Origin: Candidatus Bathyarchaeota archaeon
GTDB lineage: Archaea; Thermoproteota; Bathyarchaeia; 40CM-2-53-6
Length of the DNA stretch: 64,000 bases
Reading direction: 5' to 3'
Assembly: GCA_963726255.1 (NCBI GenBank)
Contig: CAVSBL010000002.1
Coordinates: 1,248,001-1,312,000, forward strand
Shown here in pieces: positions 37,066 through 48,264 of this stretch (position 1 is the stretch's first letter; the number at the start of each line of letters is the position of its first letter). A program made the position numbers and the translations under genes. The notes below the pieces were generated by a model. The model was not told where the DNA came from and did no database searches. It worked only from the letters and a program-made list of their open reading frames with translations.

Positions 37066-37731
37066 TCAGCTGACGCTGTTAAGATAGGCTGCTAGCGTAT
37101 CGTAGGATTGTTGGCCTTGATATGAAGTGAGGAGTGAGCCATCTTTGCCGATTATGAAGGTCGTCGGCGTGGCTGTGACTCCGAATTCATTGTTCATTAC
37201 GGTTCCAGAGGAATCATAGAGGTACGTCCATGTGGAGCCGTATTGGTTCATGAAATTGACGGCGTCAGCGGCTGACGCCGGCTTTCCGTCAGGCCCATTC
37301 CATGGGCCGGCGACGGAGATGAACACAACCTTGTCGCCGTACTGCTTGTAGAGGTTCTCCATGATGGGGGCCATCTCCTGGCAGTGTGGACACCAAGGTT
37401 CCATGAACTCGAGGACCACAACTTTCCCACGGAACGATGATAATGTGACAGCTTGGCCGGTCACCACGTTCGGCAGGGTGAAATCCAGTCCCCCAGAATG
37501 AGATGTGCCAGTCGAAGTCGTAGTCTGTGAGGGAATGCTGGGTTGAGTTGCTGAGTAAACTACCCAAATGGCGATTATGAGAATGATGGGTATGGCTATT
37601 TTCTCAGCCTTGCTTAGCCGTACGCGGTCACTTTTTCGTGTTTCCTTCTCTGGGCGATTCGCCAAACCTTCACTCGTTCTCCTATGTGTGAATGACGCTT
37701 TTCGTGGACCTTGAATAAGCTTTTCCTTCAT
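37066..37731 (-). CDS. Membrane-anchored TlpA/ResA thioredoxin
   Basis: TM anchor, GKVVVLEF, WCPHC, TPTTFII. Confidence 0.88.
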   Translation of the reverse strand: MKEKLIQGPRKASFTHRRTSEGLANRPEKETRKSDRVRLSKAEKIAIPIILIIAIWVVYSATQPSIPSQTTTSTGTSHSGGLDFTLPNVVTGQAVTLSSFRGKVVVLEFMEPWCPHCQEMAPIMENLYKQYGDKVVFISVAGPWNGPDGKPASAADAVNFMNQYGSTWTYLYDSSGTVMNNEFGVTATPTTFIIGKDGSLLTSYQGQQSYDTLAAYLNSVS

Positions 37732-37880
37732 TGCTGCTAGCTTGAAGCATATTTCGTGCGGATAGGGTTCTCGTAGTATGCAGGACTGTTACTGTGCTCT
37801 CTTTGGTTTTCTTACTCGAATCATCTGTTCTTGTTGAATATGCCGACATCAATAGAAGTTTTGAGGGGAGGATAGATTGG

Positions 37881-39539
37881 TTACATCATGCCTGGGGGCA
37901 TTCCGCCAGGCATTCCCCCTGGCATTCCGCCGGGACCACCTGGGGGACCGCCTTCCTTCCCCCCTTTTGAGGAGAGGATGTCATCTATTCTTAGGAGCAT
38001 GCATGCGGCTTCTGTGGCGGATTTGACAGCTTGCTGTTTTACCCTGAGCGGTTCGACTACGTTATCCGCGAGCATGTCAGCGATCTTGCCGGTCTTTACT
38101 TGGACGCCAAACCATTTGTTTTCTGGGTTTGCGTGTTCTGAACGAAGTTCGACCATAATGTCGATTGGGTCGAGTCCGCTGTTTTCAGCTATTGTGAGGG
38201 GGATGGCTTCCAGTGCTTCGGCGTAGGCTTCGATGGCGAGTTGTTCGCGGCCTCCCACTTTTAGAGCGTAGTCGCGAAGTTGCTTTGCTGTTTCAGCTTC
38301 TGGGGCTCCTCCGCCGGCGACGATCTTGCCATCCTCAACGGCGTTCCTGACTACGCAGAGGGCGTCGTGGAATGAGCGCTCAGCTTCGTCTACAACATGG
38401 TCGGAACCGCCTCTGATCATTACGGTGACCGCGTGTGGGTCTTTGCAGTCGCGTACGTAGACGAGTTTATCGTCTCCAATCTTCACTTCTTCAACGAGTT
38501 TTGCTTCACCGAGCCCTTCGGAGGGTATGTCTTTCGTGCTGGCTTGTATTGTTCCGCCGGTGGCTTTGGCAAGTTTCTCCATATCGCCGCTACTGACGTT
38601 CTTAACGGCCATTATGTTCTTCTTAGCGAGAAAGTGCAACGCCATATCGTCGATACCCTTCTCACAGAAGATTACGTTTGCCCCACTCTTTGCCACCTTC
38701 TCCGTCATTTCGCGAAGCATCGATTCTTCTTCGTCGAGGAAGCCTTTCATTTGGTCTGGGGAATTGATGTTAATCTTGGCGTCGAATTCGGTCTTCTCAA
38801 TTTCGAGTTTCGCGTTGACTAGGGCGATCTTTGCGTTTCGTACTTGTTTCGGCATTTGGGGGTGTGCGATTTCCTTGTCCACAACGATTCCTCTGACGAG
38901 TTCGCTTTGCTCCATGCTTTCGCCCTTTTTCTTCAAGACCTTGACTCGATCTATGTCGGCGGTAATTTTGCCGTTTCTTTCTTCCATGATTTGGTGGATG
39001 GCTTTCGTGGCTAGTGTTCCGAGGTGTTCGCTCGTTCCGACCGTTGCCTTTGTGCCCATCGAAGTCATTGCAATGAGTTTGAGCATCTTTTCGTCGTCAG
39101 GTTTTATGTCAATTGATAGGTTCTGTAGGATCTCCAAGGCTTTCTCGGAAGCCTTCTTGTAGCCTTCCACGATGACGGTCGGGTGAACTTCTTGGTCAAG
39201 AAGCTTCTCGGCTCGCGTCAAGAGTTCGCCTGCGAGAACAACGACGGTGGTCGTACCATCGCCCACTTCACTGTCTTGGCTCTTCGCTACCTCTACCAGC
39301 ATCTTGGCGGCGGGATGTTGAACATCCAGTTCCTTCATTATGGTGGCGCCGTCGTTTGTTATGACTACATCACCCATACCTGAGACCAACATCTTGTCCA
39401 TCCCTTGCGGGCCGAGCGTGGTCTTGATCGTTTCAGTGATGACTTTGGCGGCGAGTATGTTGTTTCGCTGCGCATCCTTCCCGGTAGTACGTTGAGAGCC
39501 TTCTCTCAGAATCATTACTTGCATTCCTTGTGAGGACAT
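37881..39539 (-). CDS. ths: Thermosome (group II chaperonin) subunit
   Basis: [19 protein letters not shown]-rich tail. Confidence 0.96.
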   Translation of the reverse strand: MSSQGMQVMILREGSQRTTGKDAQRNNILAAKVITETIKTTLGPQGMDKMLVSGMGDVVITNDGATIMKELDVQHPAAKMLVEVAKSQDSEVGDGTTTVVVLAGELLTRAEKLLDQEVHPTVIVEGYKKASEKALEILQNLSIDIKPDDEKMLKLIAMTSMGTKATVGTSEHLGTLATKAIHQIMEERNGKITADIDRVKVLKKKGESMEQSELVRGIVVDKEIAHPQMPKQVRNAKIALVNAKLEIEKTEFDAKININSPDQMKGFLDEEESMLREMTEKVAKSGANVIFCEKGIDDMALHFLAKKNIMAVKNVSSGDMEKLAKATGGTIQASTKDIPSEGLGEAKLVEEVKIGDDKLVYVRDCKDPHAVTVMIRGGSDHVVDEAERSFHDALCVVRNAVEDGKIVAGGGAPEAETAKQLRDYALKVGGREQLAIEAYAEALEAIPLTIAENSGLDPIDIMVELRSEHANPENKWFGVQVKTGKIADMLADNVVEPLRVKQQAVKSATEAACMLLRIDDILSSKGGKEGGPPGGPGGMPGGMPGGMPPGMM

Positions 39540-40080
39540 TCTAGATCACCAAATTGTAACTTGTGTGCGTGAGGTAACGACCTTAACCTATAATCAGAGA
39601 CCTCGTCTTAGAGAGCCTCAAGATTGTGCGGCCTCAAGCCACATGGTTGCCGGCTGTTACCTCTGGTAACCTGTATGTCATCCGTGCTATATTAACCACA
39701 TAGTATGTTCGTAGCAACTCTTGGCTCTACTTGTGAGCTCTTTTCGTCTTCCTTCTTTTTCTTGTTCTCGTCTTATTCTCTTGAGATTGAGGCAATCATA
39801 TCACGCAGCTAGGAATTTGCAATTCTTTTTCGCAATTCCTTTGGGTCATAGGATTCAGTAACCCTCTTTCTGTCTTTCTCTTGTTTCCTTCGCTTTCGCC
39901 TCTCTTCCTTTTTGCGACTAACCGCCCTCATTCTTCTGACTCTACTTCTCTCCTTTCCTTTCACAGATGATTCCACACTAGATGTTGCCAGAACCCCTTT
40001 CGGTCAAATCGAGGCCTCAAGGAATTGACAGGCACGCACGAATTGAACCTTTCCTGTTTTGCTCCAGAGAGCATACGTAC

Positions 40081-40203
40081 TCAGGAGCCCGAGAGTCGTC
40101 GGGGGTGTATGAAGGATTCAAGGCATTGCTTTGAGCAAAATACGTATCCCTCGTGTAGAACAGGTTTTTCGATTTTCTTCCCGCAATTTGAACAGTACTT
40201 CAT
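40081..40203 (-). CDS. Small TRASH/YHS-like metal-binding protein
   Basis: MKYCSNCGKKI...VFCSKQC. Confidence 0.55.
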   Translation of the reverse strand: MKYCSNCGKKIEKPVLHEGYVFCSKQCLESFIHPRRLSGS

Positions 40204-40810
40204 GTGAGTCTCATTCGATTTCTCAGCCAACCTTCTTTGCACCCTTTCGATTCCCGGTTCTGTTACATCTATCGTGGTCGTCTTATACAATTGTTTGGGG
40301 TTAGGGTGAACCATTGTTTTCGTCTTCGACCATGCACAATGCCTTGAGGCGACAATGGTGTCAATGGAATTATCCCGGTGGTGCAAGCCAAATCGTGTGC
40401 TCTTTAGTTCGAGGCAAGGCGTTACAGGAAAGGTTCTTCAATTTGCAGTGTGTTACTGAATCTCTTGTACGGGGTCTTGATTTGACGAGACCTGAATGGC
40501 AGAAGAAACGGAAGAGAATGGCGAGTAGAGCGGGTCAAGCGAGCGGCAGAGTGCGGTAGGCTTGAGAGAAATCGGTAAGGGACTTGAAAACCGATTATGC
40601 CCCACTTGCCATTAATCAACCTACTACCTCTGTGGAACATGCGGGAACTGCAACAAGTGCTGCAATTCTAGCTCCGCCACTAGACGTTCTGACACCGAGC
40701 CGGGTTGATCCGCAATCTGCTAGCGGGTTTCTCGAATGAACATTCAATGCACATAGAAGGACGCATGTTGGGCTGACTGTATTCTGGAACGCAAGTCCGA
40801 AATACCCGTT

Positions 40811-41038
40811 TTGTGCAAGGATGTTGACCTTACATTGGAAGTTCAGGATGGCATTGTAAGCAGGCTAATTGAGCAAAGAGAAAGATTGAAGGGCAACGAG
40901 AATTGCCCGAAATGCGGCCATTACAATCTGGAACTCAAAATTCTACTCGATGAGATTGACAAACTGGCCAGACTCCAAAACGATGACTCCAAAAAACGTG
41001 TACAGCGTATGAGAGAGTCCGACAAAGCACGCGCCTGA
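40811..41038 (+). CDS. Hypothetical protein with CxxC
   Basis: 75-aa ORF with CPKCG; start uncertain. Confidence 0.45.
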   Translation: MCKDVDLTLEVQDGIVSRLIEQRERLKGNENCPKCGHYNLELKILLDEIDKLARLQNDDSKKRVQRMRESDKARA

Positions 41039-41065
41039 AAAAGTCAAAACGAGACAGATGCTGTA

Positions 41066-41461
41066 TTGAGAGCCGAGCAGACCGGAAGCGATTTCTTGGA
41101 AGAGTTGTTGCCTCTTCTAAGGCGTTTTACAGCCACCTGGGAACAGAATGTTGTACTAGGAGATCATCGATGGCAATCGGAAAATATGAAAGTTATGCAA
41201 AGATTCGCGAAAGGGCTATCAACAGAACTCTTGGAACTCGACTCACAATACTCCGACCTTTGGGATGCTTATGTTAGAGGCCGAATGCACCAGCTATCCA
41301 CTGAACTACGCGAGTTTGTCACGCCAGACATGAGGAACCTGAGCGCTCAGGCCAATGAGGTTTTAATTGCGCACGGTAGAACGGCCTACGAACTTACAGC
41401 TGGATTGATGTCGTATCTCGAACCCGGGAAACCGATTAGAAAGCACTCCGATGAACAGTAG
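41066..41461 (+). CDS. Hypothetical helical protein
   Basis: 131-aa ORF with amphipathic helices. Confidence 0.55.
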   Translation: MRAEQTGSDFLEELLPLLRRFTATWEQNVVLGDHRWQSENMKVMQRFAKGLSTELLELDSQYSDLWDAYVRGRMHQLSTELREFVTPDMRNLSAQANEVLIAHGRTAYELTAGLMSYLEPGKPIRKHSDEQ

Positions 41462-41578
41462 ATTCAGGAAGCGCTCGGGGATTCTCTCTCCTACAGGCAA
41501 GTACGTTGCAAGCACATAACTGCAGTAGAAGTCACCCTGAAACTGAGAGAGCATGTCCTAGGATTGTGGCCGTGTGGG

Positions 41579-41775
<197 letters not shown>

Positions 41776-41857
41776 AATGCAACCACCAATGCTGAAGCAA
41801 ATAGATTAGACTATCTTCAGCCCGTTCACGAAGCATGCGCCAACATGTTTTGCGTAT

Positions 41858-42625
41858 CTAAATGATGATGAGGAAAAAGAACAGTACAACGATGAGGATT
41901 CTGTATATTCCGAATGGCATGAAGCTGTGTTTCCTCACGTAATTGAGGAGCAGCTTGATCGCAACTAGGGCAACAAGGAATGAAGTTACAAATCCTACGG
42001 CAAGTAGGTTGACTTCCCCCGACGAGAATGCTGTGTAAGAATTTAGGAGATCGAACCCGGAAGCCGCAATCATCGTCGGAACAGCAAGCAGGAAGGAAAA
42101 CAGAGCAATCGTCTGCCGTTTCATTCCCAAAACCAGGCCGCCTGTAATGGTCGCAGTAGACCTCGAAACGCCAGGAATTACTGAAATCGTCTGAAAGAGC
42201 CCGATCAGCAAACAGTGCTTGTATGGAATTTTCGCAATCACGTCAATTTGCGACCTCTCTTTGTAGCGCCATTCGAACAAGACGATGAATACCCCCCCAA
42301 CAAGTAACGCCCACAAGACAATTTGTTGATTCCCGAACAATACGTCCTTGAAGAACCTGTAGATGAGGAGGCCCACGATACCTGTTGGAATGAAAGCGAC
42401 TATCAGCCGTTTCAGGACCTCTACTTGCAGGAAGAGCCTCCAGTACAATGCAACTACCGCGAGAATTGAACCAAACTCCAGGATCAACTCGAAACTCTTT
42501 ACGAATGGCGTCTGTGCCACGTTCAGAATTGCCGCTGTAAGGATAGTGTGGCCCGTCGACGAGACTGGCAGGAACTCCGTAATCCCTTCAACGACTGCCA
42601 GTATGATAGCTGTTAGGTAATCCAT
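41858..42625 (-). CDS. uppP: Undecaprenyl-diphosphate phosphatase (BacA family)
   Basis: EGITEFLPVSSTGH, PGVSRS. Confidence 0.93.
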   Translation of the reverse strand: MDYLTAIILAVVEGITEFLPVSSTGHTILTAAILNVAQTPFVKSFELILEFGSILAVVALYWRLFLQVEVLKRLIVAFIPTGIVGLLIYRFFKDVLFGNQQIVLWALLVGGVFIVLFEWRYKERSQIDVIAKIPYKHCLLIGLFQTISVIPGVSRSTATITGGLVLGMKRQTIALFSFLLAVPTMIAASGFDLLNSYTAFSSGEVNLLAVGFVTSFLVALVAIKLLLNYVRKHSFMPFGIYRILIVVLFFFLIII

Positions 42626-42805
42626 TCTTCGTGCGCCTCTGTTAAGCGACCTTGTAGGCGAAGTTCTTCAGATTTCTCGGGTTTCTCACCTGAATATACA
42701 TTAGGGTTCCGGTAACAAAATCAACCCCGAAAACGAAACTTGACAAGAAACCTTCGAAGGAAGCCTTAATTTCAACTCTCATTCCCACAAACCACGAACG
42801 AAACA

Positions 42806-43384
42806 TTGGCAATAGAAATTAACAAGCAATCCGCGCTTGTCGTTGTCGACATTCAGAATGACTTCTGCCCGGGCGGAGCCCTGCCAGTGCAGAATGGAGA
42901 CAAAGTCGTTCCAGTCCTGAACAAGTACATCGAGAAGTTTAGGAAGGCTGGTGTGCGAATACTCTTCACGAGAGATTGGCACCCGCCCGACCATAGTTCC
43001 TTCAAAGCTCAGGGGGGGCCTTGGCCTCCGCACTGCGTTCAGAACAGCGAAGGCGCAAAGTTTCGCAACGACCTCCTAATCCCACCTGAGGGCGAAATTG
43101 TTTCGAAGGCGGACAAAAAGGATGAGGCTTACTCATTCTTTCAAGGAACAGACTTAGCGGAGAAGCTCAAGGAACGAGGAATTAAGCGGTTACTTGTTGG
43201 TGGCCTAGCGACTGACTATTGCGTGAAGGAAACCGTGCTTGATGGGCTGAAGTATGGATTCGAGGTCTTCGTTTTGGATGACGCTTCAAAGGGCGTGAAT
43301 GTCAACCCTGGTGACTCTGACAACGCATTGCATCTAATGGTTGCGAAGGGAGCCAAACGAATTAGAGTTCAGGACATCGCCTAA
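42806..43384 (+). CDS. pncA: Nicotinamidase/pyrazinamidase
   Basis: VDIQNDFCPGG, DWH, WPPHC, GLATDYCV. Confidence 0.92.
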   Translation: MAIEINKQSALVVVDIQNDFCPGGALPVQNGDKVVPVLNKYIEKFRKAGVRILFTRDWHPPDHSSFKAQGGPWPPHCVQNSEGAKFRNDLLIPPEGEIVSKADKKDEAYSFFQGTDLAEKLKERGIKRLLVGGLATDYCVKETVLDGLKYGFEVFVLDDASKGVNVNPGDSDNALHLMVAKGAKRIRVQDIA

Positions 43385-43444
43385 CAGAAGAAAGTCACCG
43401 TTGCACGCACGCCAAGATAGCTACTGGTCGGACTCTGACTCAAT

Positions 43445-43771
43445 CTAGCCGGGGAAGAAGTAGGGCATGGTTTGCGAGGGGGGCGCTGCCGTCCCTTCTC
43501 TTTCCGCATGCTTGGGCTTCTCTTCCACCCTAACGATTCTGATCTTCTGATGTTCCGCTAGGACCCTGTAGTCATCTGAAAAGTGCAGGTGATGGAGTAC
43601 ATGTTTGACATGCAGCTTGAGATCTTTGACTCCTAGCCGTTTTCCATTAGCCGTATCTGGGACGAGGAGTGTCTTGCCTTTCAAAGTAACCTCGGCTTTC
43701 AACCTCTGGCCCAGCAAATTGGCTATGTCGTTGCCGACCTTCTTGAGGTCACCTAACTCGACCTCTATCAT
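43445..43771 (-). CDS. Ribosomal protein eL22-like protein
   Basis: VKDLKLHVKHVLHHLHFSDDYRVLA resembles the eL22 core KRYLKYLTKKYLKK..L.D..RV.A. Confidence 0.55.
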   Translation of the reverse strand: MIEVELGDLKKVGNDIANLLGQRLKAEVTLKGKTLLVPDTANGKRLGVKDLKLHVKHVLHHLHFSDDYRVLAEHQKIRIVRVEEKPKHAEREGTAAPPSQTMPYFFPG

Positions 43772-43840
43772 ATCAGGCAGCCCGAAGAAAGGCAGGTGGG
43801 ATTAGCTAATACATGTTGCCCTGATGGGCGTAGATGTCGG

Positions 43841-43966
43841 TTAGAGGGGTAGGCGGACAATTTGTCCGCAGCCCTCGCACCTGAGGAATTCGAATTGGTC
43901 ATCCCTGAAAAGAAAACGACTTTTCCTCAAGTGATTACAGACCTTAACGACATGGAATTCCTTCAA
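43841..43966 (-). CDS. 41-aa Zn-ribbon microprotein (absent from the ORF track)
   Basis: GGTGA SD plus TTG; MKEFHVVKVCNHLRKSRFLFRDDQFEFLRCEGCGQIVRLPL. Confidence 0.45.
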   Translation of the reverse strand: MKEFHVVKVCNHLRKSRFLFRDDQFEFLRCEGCGQIVRLPL

Positions 43967-44245
43967 TCAGTTCACCAAGCCCACCTATGGGGTTCATTTG
44001 GCATATTCAGGAGACACGCGTGAAAGTGCTAAACGGCTGAGTGGAAGCAACAGGTTTCGTTCCGCCGCCACTGAAATCTGCCTCAACCGTACTACTGCCT
44101 ACCGGCACAGTTGCAATTCGGCGTCATTCTGAACTGCCGTGGCCTTGTCAATGAAGAAGCGTGGCCTTGTAGGGGGTAATTCCTAATCTGAAGGGTAATT
44201 GTCACGGTGAAAGTACTGGTGAAGTACTCTTAGGAAATAGCGGTT

Positions 44246-45157
44246 TCAGTCAGATTCTGCATTGACGGGGTTCCGAAGGGTTCCAATTCGGTCAATGGTA
44301 CCTTCAACAATGTCGCCGTTCTTCAGGAAAGGTTCACCAGTGAAGGCTGCGACTCCCTCCGGCGTGCCTGTTGATATTATGTCCCCTGGCTTCAGGGTAA
44401 TCCCGGCGGAAATATACTCAATCAGGGAATCGATTTTGAAAATCATATTCCCCGTGTTGGATCGCTGTTTCGTCTTGCCATTCACTGAAAGTGAAATGTC
44501 TAGTTTGTGAGGGTCAGGGATTTCGTCCTTTGTCACTAGCCAGGGGCCTACGGGAAAGGCTGAGTCGAGCCCCTTTCCTTTTACCCAGTTTAGTCCCAAC
44601 GTGGTCTTGCCGTCAGGTAACCTTGTCGAGAACTGAAAGTCTCTGAAGCTGACATCATTTGATATGGCGTAACCCGCGACATAGTTCATAGCGTCCTCCT
44701 TTGCGATGTACTTTCCTTTTTTTCCTATGATTACTACCAGTTCTACCTCCCAGTCTACTTTCTTGGATACTTTGGGGATTAGAATTGGGTCGCCTGGGCC
44801 GATGAGGGCGTTTCTGAACTTCGTGAAAACATAGGGCTCAGTTGGAGGTTTCACGTTCTGCTCTTGGCTGTGGGATAGATAGTTGACGGCTAGGAGGAAT
44901 ATCTTCTCTGGAGTTTGAATTGGGCTAAGGAGTTTCACGTGTTCAAGCGAAACGCCATGCGAGGCCTTCGTTATTTTCTCTTCGGCCTGTTGAAGCGACT
45001 TAACAGCCCCAACCGAAAGAAGTTGGTCTATCGTAATCGATCCGCCTCGTATTGGTAACGGCAGCGTTTCGCCCGCGTCTTGAATGTCGAAGAGCAGGCC
45101 GCCCTTGACCATCCCGACCCTCGTTTCCCCGTTCTTGACGTAGTGTGCAAGCTTCAA
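44246..45157 (-). CDS. Fumarylacetoacetate hydrolase family protein
   Basis: VNY..H, DWEVEL, NDVSFRD, STGTPEGV. Confidence 0.92.
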   Translation of the reverse strand: MKLAHYVKNGETRVGMVKGGLLFDIQDAGETLPLPIRGGSITIDQLLSVGAVKSLQQAEEKITKASHGVSLEHVKLLSPIQTPEKIFLLAVNYLSHSQEQNVKPPTEPYVFTKFRNALIGPGDPILIPKVSKKVDWEVELVVIIGKKGKYIAKEDAMNYVAGYAISNDVSFRDFQFSTRLPDGKTTLGLNWVKGKGLDSAFPVGPWLVTKDEIPDPHKLDISLSVNGKTKQRSNTGNMIFKIDSLIEYISAGITLKPGDIISTGTPEGVAAFTGEPFLKNGDIVEGTIDRIGTLRNPVNAESD

Positions 45158-45200
45158 CGTGCACAGCCATGTCTCTTATGCGGAACATATCGTGCCTATT

Positions 45201-46586
45201 CTAGGCCACTTTCTCTGCGCGTCGCGCGTACAGTCTAACCGTCTTGACGTTTGTGAATTCCAGAAGGCCATACCGCCCTAGTTCTCTTCCAATCCCGCTC
45301 TTCTTGATTCCACCGAACGGAACGCGTGGGTCTGATGCTACAACATTGTTCACGGTGACCACGCCGCTTTGGATTTCTCCGCAGAGCTTCTCAGCCTTCG
45401 ATAGGTCTTGCGTCCAGAGTGATGCCCCCAGGCCGAATTCCGTGGAATTCGCCACTTCAACTGCTTCTTCAGCACTCCCAACGACTATAACAGGAGCTAC
45501 AGGGCCGAAAACTTCTTCGCGCATCACGGGCATGTCCCGGGTAATGTTGGTCAAGACCGTTGGGGCGTAGAAGAAGCCTTTACGGTCTAGGCGGCGTCCG
45601 CCCACCATGATCTTTGCACCCATTTTCACAGAATCCTTTACCTGCCTCTCTATCTCTTCGAGCCCGCTCTCGTTAACCATCGGCCCAATGTCTGTTTCAG
45701 GGTTTAACGGGTCACCGACCTTGAGCTTTCCGACTTTCGACACGAATTGATCGGTAAATTTCTCGGCAATGGGTTTTTCAACGATAAAGCGCTTCGCAGC
45801 GATGCAGCTTTGGCCGCAGTTAACGAAACGCCCTGTGACGGCGCCGCTGGAAGTCAGCTCCACATCTGCGTCTTGAAGCACGATGAAGGGGTCGCTTCCG
45901 CCAAGTTCCAGTACGAATTTCTTCAGGTTCCTTCCAGCTCGTTCCCCCACTTTGCTTCCTACGCTCACGCTTCCAGTGAAAGTCACGGCGTTGGTATCTC
46001 CATCAATAATCTGGTCTGCGATTCGAGAATCACCTAAAACCGTCTTGAAACATCCTGACGGCAACCCAGCGTCGGTTAAAGCGGTTTCCAGGTTCACTCC
46101 GCTCTGAGGCGTTGCGCTCGCGGGTTTGAAGATCGTAGTGTTTCCGGCCGCAAGCGCAGGCGCAGTAAACCTTGCCAGCTGCCACATGGGAAAGTTCCAT
46201 GGCATGATGGCTGCTACAACCCCCAGTGGCTCGAATGCCACAAAACTCTTCGCCGCGTCAGTCTGCGCAAGTTCAGGTGTGAGAAAGCGCTCAGCATTTT
46301 CAGCGTAGTAGTCGAAGCCTAAGGCGCACTTTGCAACCTCAGCTGCGGACTCGCGGATAATCTTGCCCATCTCATTCGTCATGACGCGAGCGAGTTCATC
46401 CTTTCGTTCCCTCAGAATGCCAGCGGCTTTGGCTAGATACTTGCTACGTTCGGAGGGCCTAAGCTTCCGCCAATCATGGAAAGCTTTTCTGGCCCGTTCG
46501 ATAGCACTCCTCACTTGGTCTGGCGTAGCCATCTCATGTTCGGCTAGTTTTTCCCCGGTCGCGGGATTGACTGTGGCAAATTTCAT
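45201..46586 (-). CDS. NAD(P)-dependent succinate-semialdehyde dehydrogenase-like aldehyde dehydrogenase
   Basis: PWNFP, FTGS, LELGGSDP, GQSC, EEVFGP. Confidence 0.92.
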   Translation of the reverse strand: MKFATVNPATGEKLAEHEMATPDQVRSAIERARKAFHDWRKLRPSERSKYLAKAAGILRERKDELARVMTNEMGKIIRESAAEVAKCALGFDYYAENAERFLTPELAQTDAAKSFVAFEPLGVVAAIMPWNFPMWQLARFTAPALAAGNTTIFKPASATPQSGVNLETALTDAGLPSGCFKTVLGDSRIADQIIDGDTNAVTFTGSVSVGSKVGERAGRNLKKFVLELGGSDPFIVLQDADVELTSSGAVTGRFVNCGQSCIAAKRFIVEKPIAEKFTDQFVSKVGKLKVGDPLNPETDIGPMVNESGLEEIERQVKDSVKMGAKIMVGGRRLDRKGFFYAPTVLTNITRDMPVMREEVFGPVAPVIVVGSAEEAVEVANSTEFGLGASLWTQDLSKAEKLCGEIQSGVVTVNNVVASDPRVPFGGIKKSGIGRELGRYGLLEFTNVKTVRLYARRAEKVA

Positions 46587-46689
46587 TTCAGAATCGACTC
46601 TAGAATCTCGGTACTTGGAGCCTAGCGATTTGTGTTGAGATTCGGTTGATATAATCCTTCATTCTTGCGAGCATAGTTCTCGTACTCGG

Positions 46690-46896
46690 CTACTTCATGG
46701 CCCACTTTACCCAAAGGGCGGAGATTAGAGCGGTGGCTATCGCTCCTGACGCTAAGAATATGGCGGCTTTCTGCCATAGGTTGAAGCCGTCGGCATAGAA
46801 CGCCAAGTAAATCACAATAAATGCGAACCAGCACGCGCTGACGAGAATCGTCCCTACAATTCTATTTCCCATCGAACTCATTGCCGCAGGCCTCAA
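46690..46896 (-). CDS. Small 2-TM membrane protein
   Basis: Two hydrophobic helices, FNLWQK. Confidence 0.6.
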   Translation of the reverse strand: MRPAAMSSMGNRIVGTILVSACWFAFIVIYLAFYADGFNLWQKAAIFLASGAIATALISALWVKWAMK

Positions 46897-46976
46897 CCTT
46901 CTTTGAAGGCTAGTTTTGACACCGCACTATAGTATTGCTGGTGATTGCCAGAACTGAAACAGATGAATCGTTCCAA

Positions 46977-47942
46977 TCATCGTGCTTTGACAAGGCTGGG
47001 TAAACGTACAGGCGGCAGAGTTTGCTCGATCTCTGGCCTCCGGGGTTCAAGCCATGTTGGTAGGGTGAGGCGTGTTCCTAGTTGGTCGGTCGGTTCATCG
47101 ACCGTGAAGCCAGGCGGGTCAGTTGCAATTTCGAATAGGATGCCCCCCGGCTCTCGGTAGTAGATTGAATGGAAGTATTTGCGATCAATCACGGGCGTCA
47201 CATTCAGGCCAACTCCTAGTAGCTGTTCCCGCCAGGCTTTTTGCTGCACGTCGTCTGGTGTGCGCCAGGCGACGTGGTGAACGCTTCCCACACTAACAAT
47301 TCCTCGGGGAGCGTCGAGTTCAGTGAGGACGTCAACGATCGCTCCTGGTCCTCTTGGCCCAACTTCGTACCGAACGCGGTTCCCGTTCTGCGCTGTTCGG
47401 CGAAAACCCATCGTTTCAGTTAGGAGCGATGACGTTCGTTCAGGGCTGGCCTCTGACAGTGCAACACTGTGAAAACCACTCAGGCCATACTCAGATGGAA
47501 CTGGCCCCCCATTCCACACTCTGTCCTGGTGGATGTTGTCAGTGGCCACTAGTCCCAGTTGCAAGCCATCTGGGTCTGAGAAGGATAATACCTGCTCATT
47601 GAAGCGCGCCTTGGGGGCCTGGAATTGGACACCATGACTCTTGAGCCGGTCCATCCAGAAGTTAATCGCCGTCTCCGGGATTGAGAAGGAGGTGGTCGTT
47701 AGCTGGCCAGTTCCTATACGGCCGCTCGGGCCTCCTGGCCACGCAAAGAACGTGAGGATGGTGCCCGGGTGGCCTAGCTCGTCCCCATAGTAGAGGTGGT
47801 AGGTCGTAGGCTCATCAAAGTTCACTGTCAGCTTCACTAGTCGCAGTCCTAGGAGTCCAACGTAGAAGTCTATGTTCCTTTGCGGGTCGCTAGCAATGGC
47901 GGTAACATGGTGAACTCCAGGGATTTCTTTGTCCATATGCAA
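46977..47942 (-). CDS. Ring-cleaving dioxygenase (VOC, MhqO-like)
   Basis: GVHHVTAI, LTVNFD..TYHLYYGD, HHVAW, SIYYREPGG.LFEIATD. Confidence 0.92.
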   Translation of the reverse strand: MHMDKEIPGVHHVTAIASDPQRNIDFYVGLLGLRLVKLTVNFDEPTTYHLYYGDELGHPGTILTFFAWPGGPSGRIGTGQLTTTSFSIPETAINFWMDRLKSHGVQFQAPKARFNEQVLSFSDPDGLQLGLVATDNIHQDRVWNGGPVPSEYGLSGFHSVALSEASPERTSSLLTETMGFRRTAQNGNRVRYEVGPRGPGAIVDVLTELDAPRGIVSVGSVHHVAWRTPDDVQQKAWREQLLGVGLNVTPVIDRKYFHSIYYREPGGILFEIATDPPGFTVDEPTDQLGTRLTLPTWLEPRRPEIEQTLPPVRLPSLVKAR

Positions 47943-48264
47943 CAGGTCTCTTGCAGTTGCTCCTTTGTTGGGAGGGCAATAAGCAATGCCCTTTCCAACC
48001 AGTGGAAATTGGTCTAGGAATCTTCCCGCTACCTTTTCTCCACGCAGAGTTAAGTAGCTGCCAGTGGCAAGATTTCACTCGCAGACAGGAAGCGATTCAG
48101 TTGACGAAAAAGCGCAGGGCGAAGCTACGAGCCAGAGAAAGTACTCCCCCAGTCGTGCCGATGACAGAACAGGTAGCGTAAGCGCAAATCTTCACCGTAC
48201 TGGTACAGCTGTGCACTAACCAGTATACGTCATAAAATCACGGAGCAAGTTTGTCGAATCGGTG

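Noticed and set aside
37881-37960. Tandem GGCATTCC-like repeats
   Set aside because: They encode the ordinary GGM/PGG tail of the thermosome.
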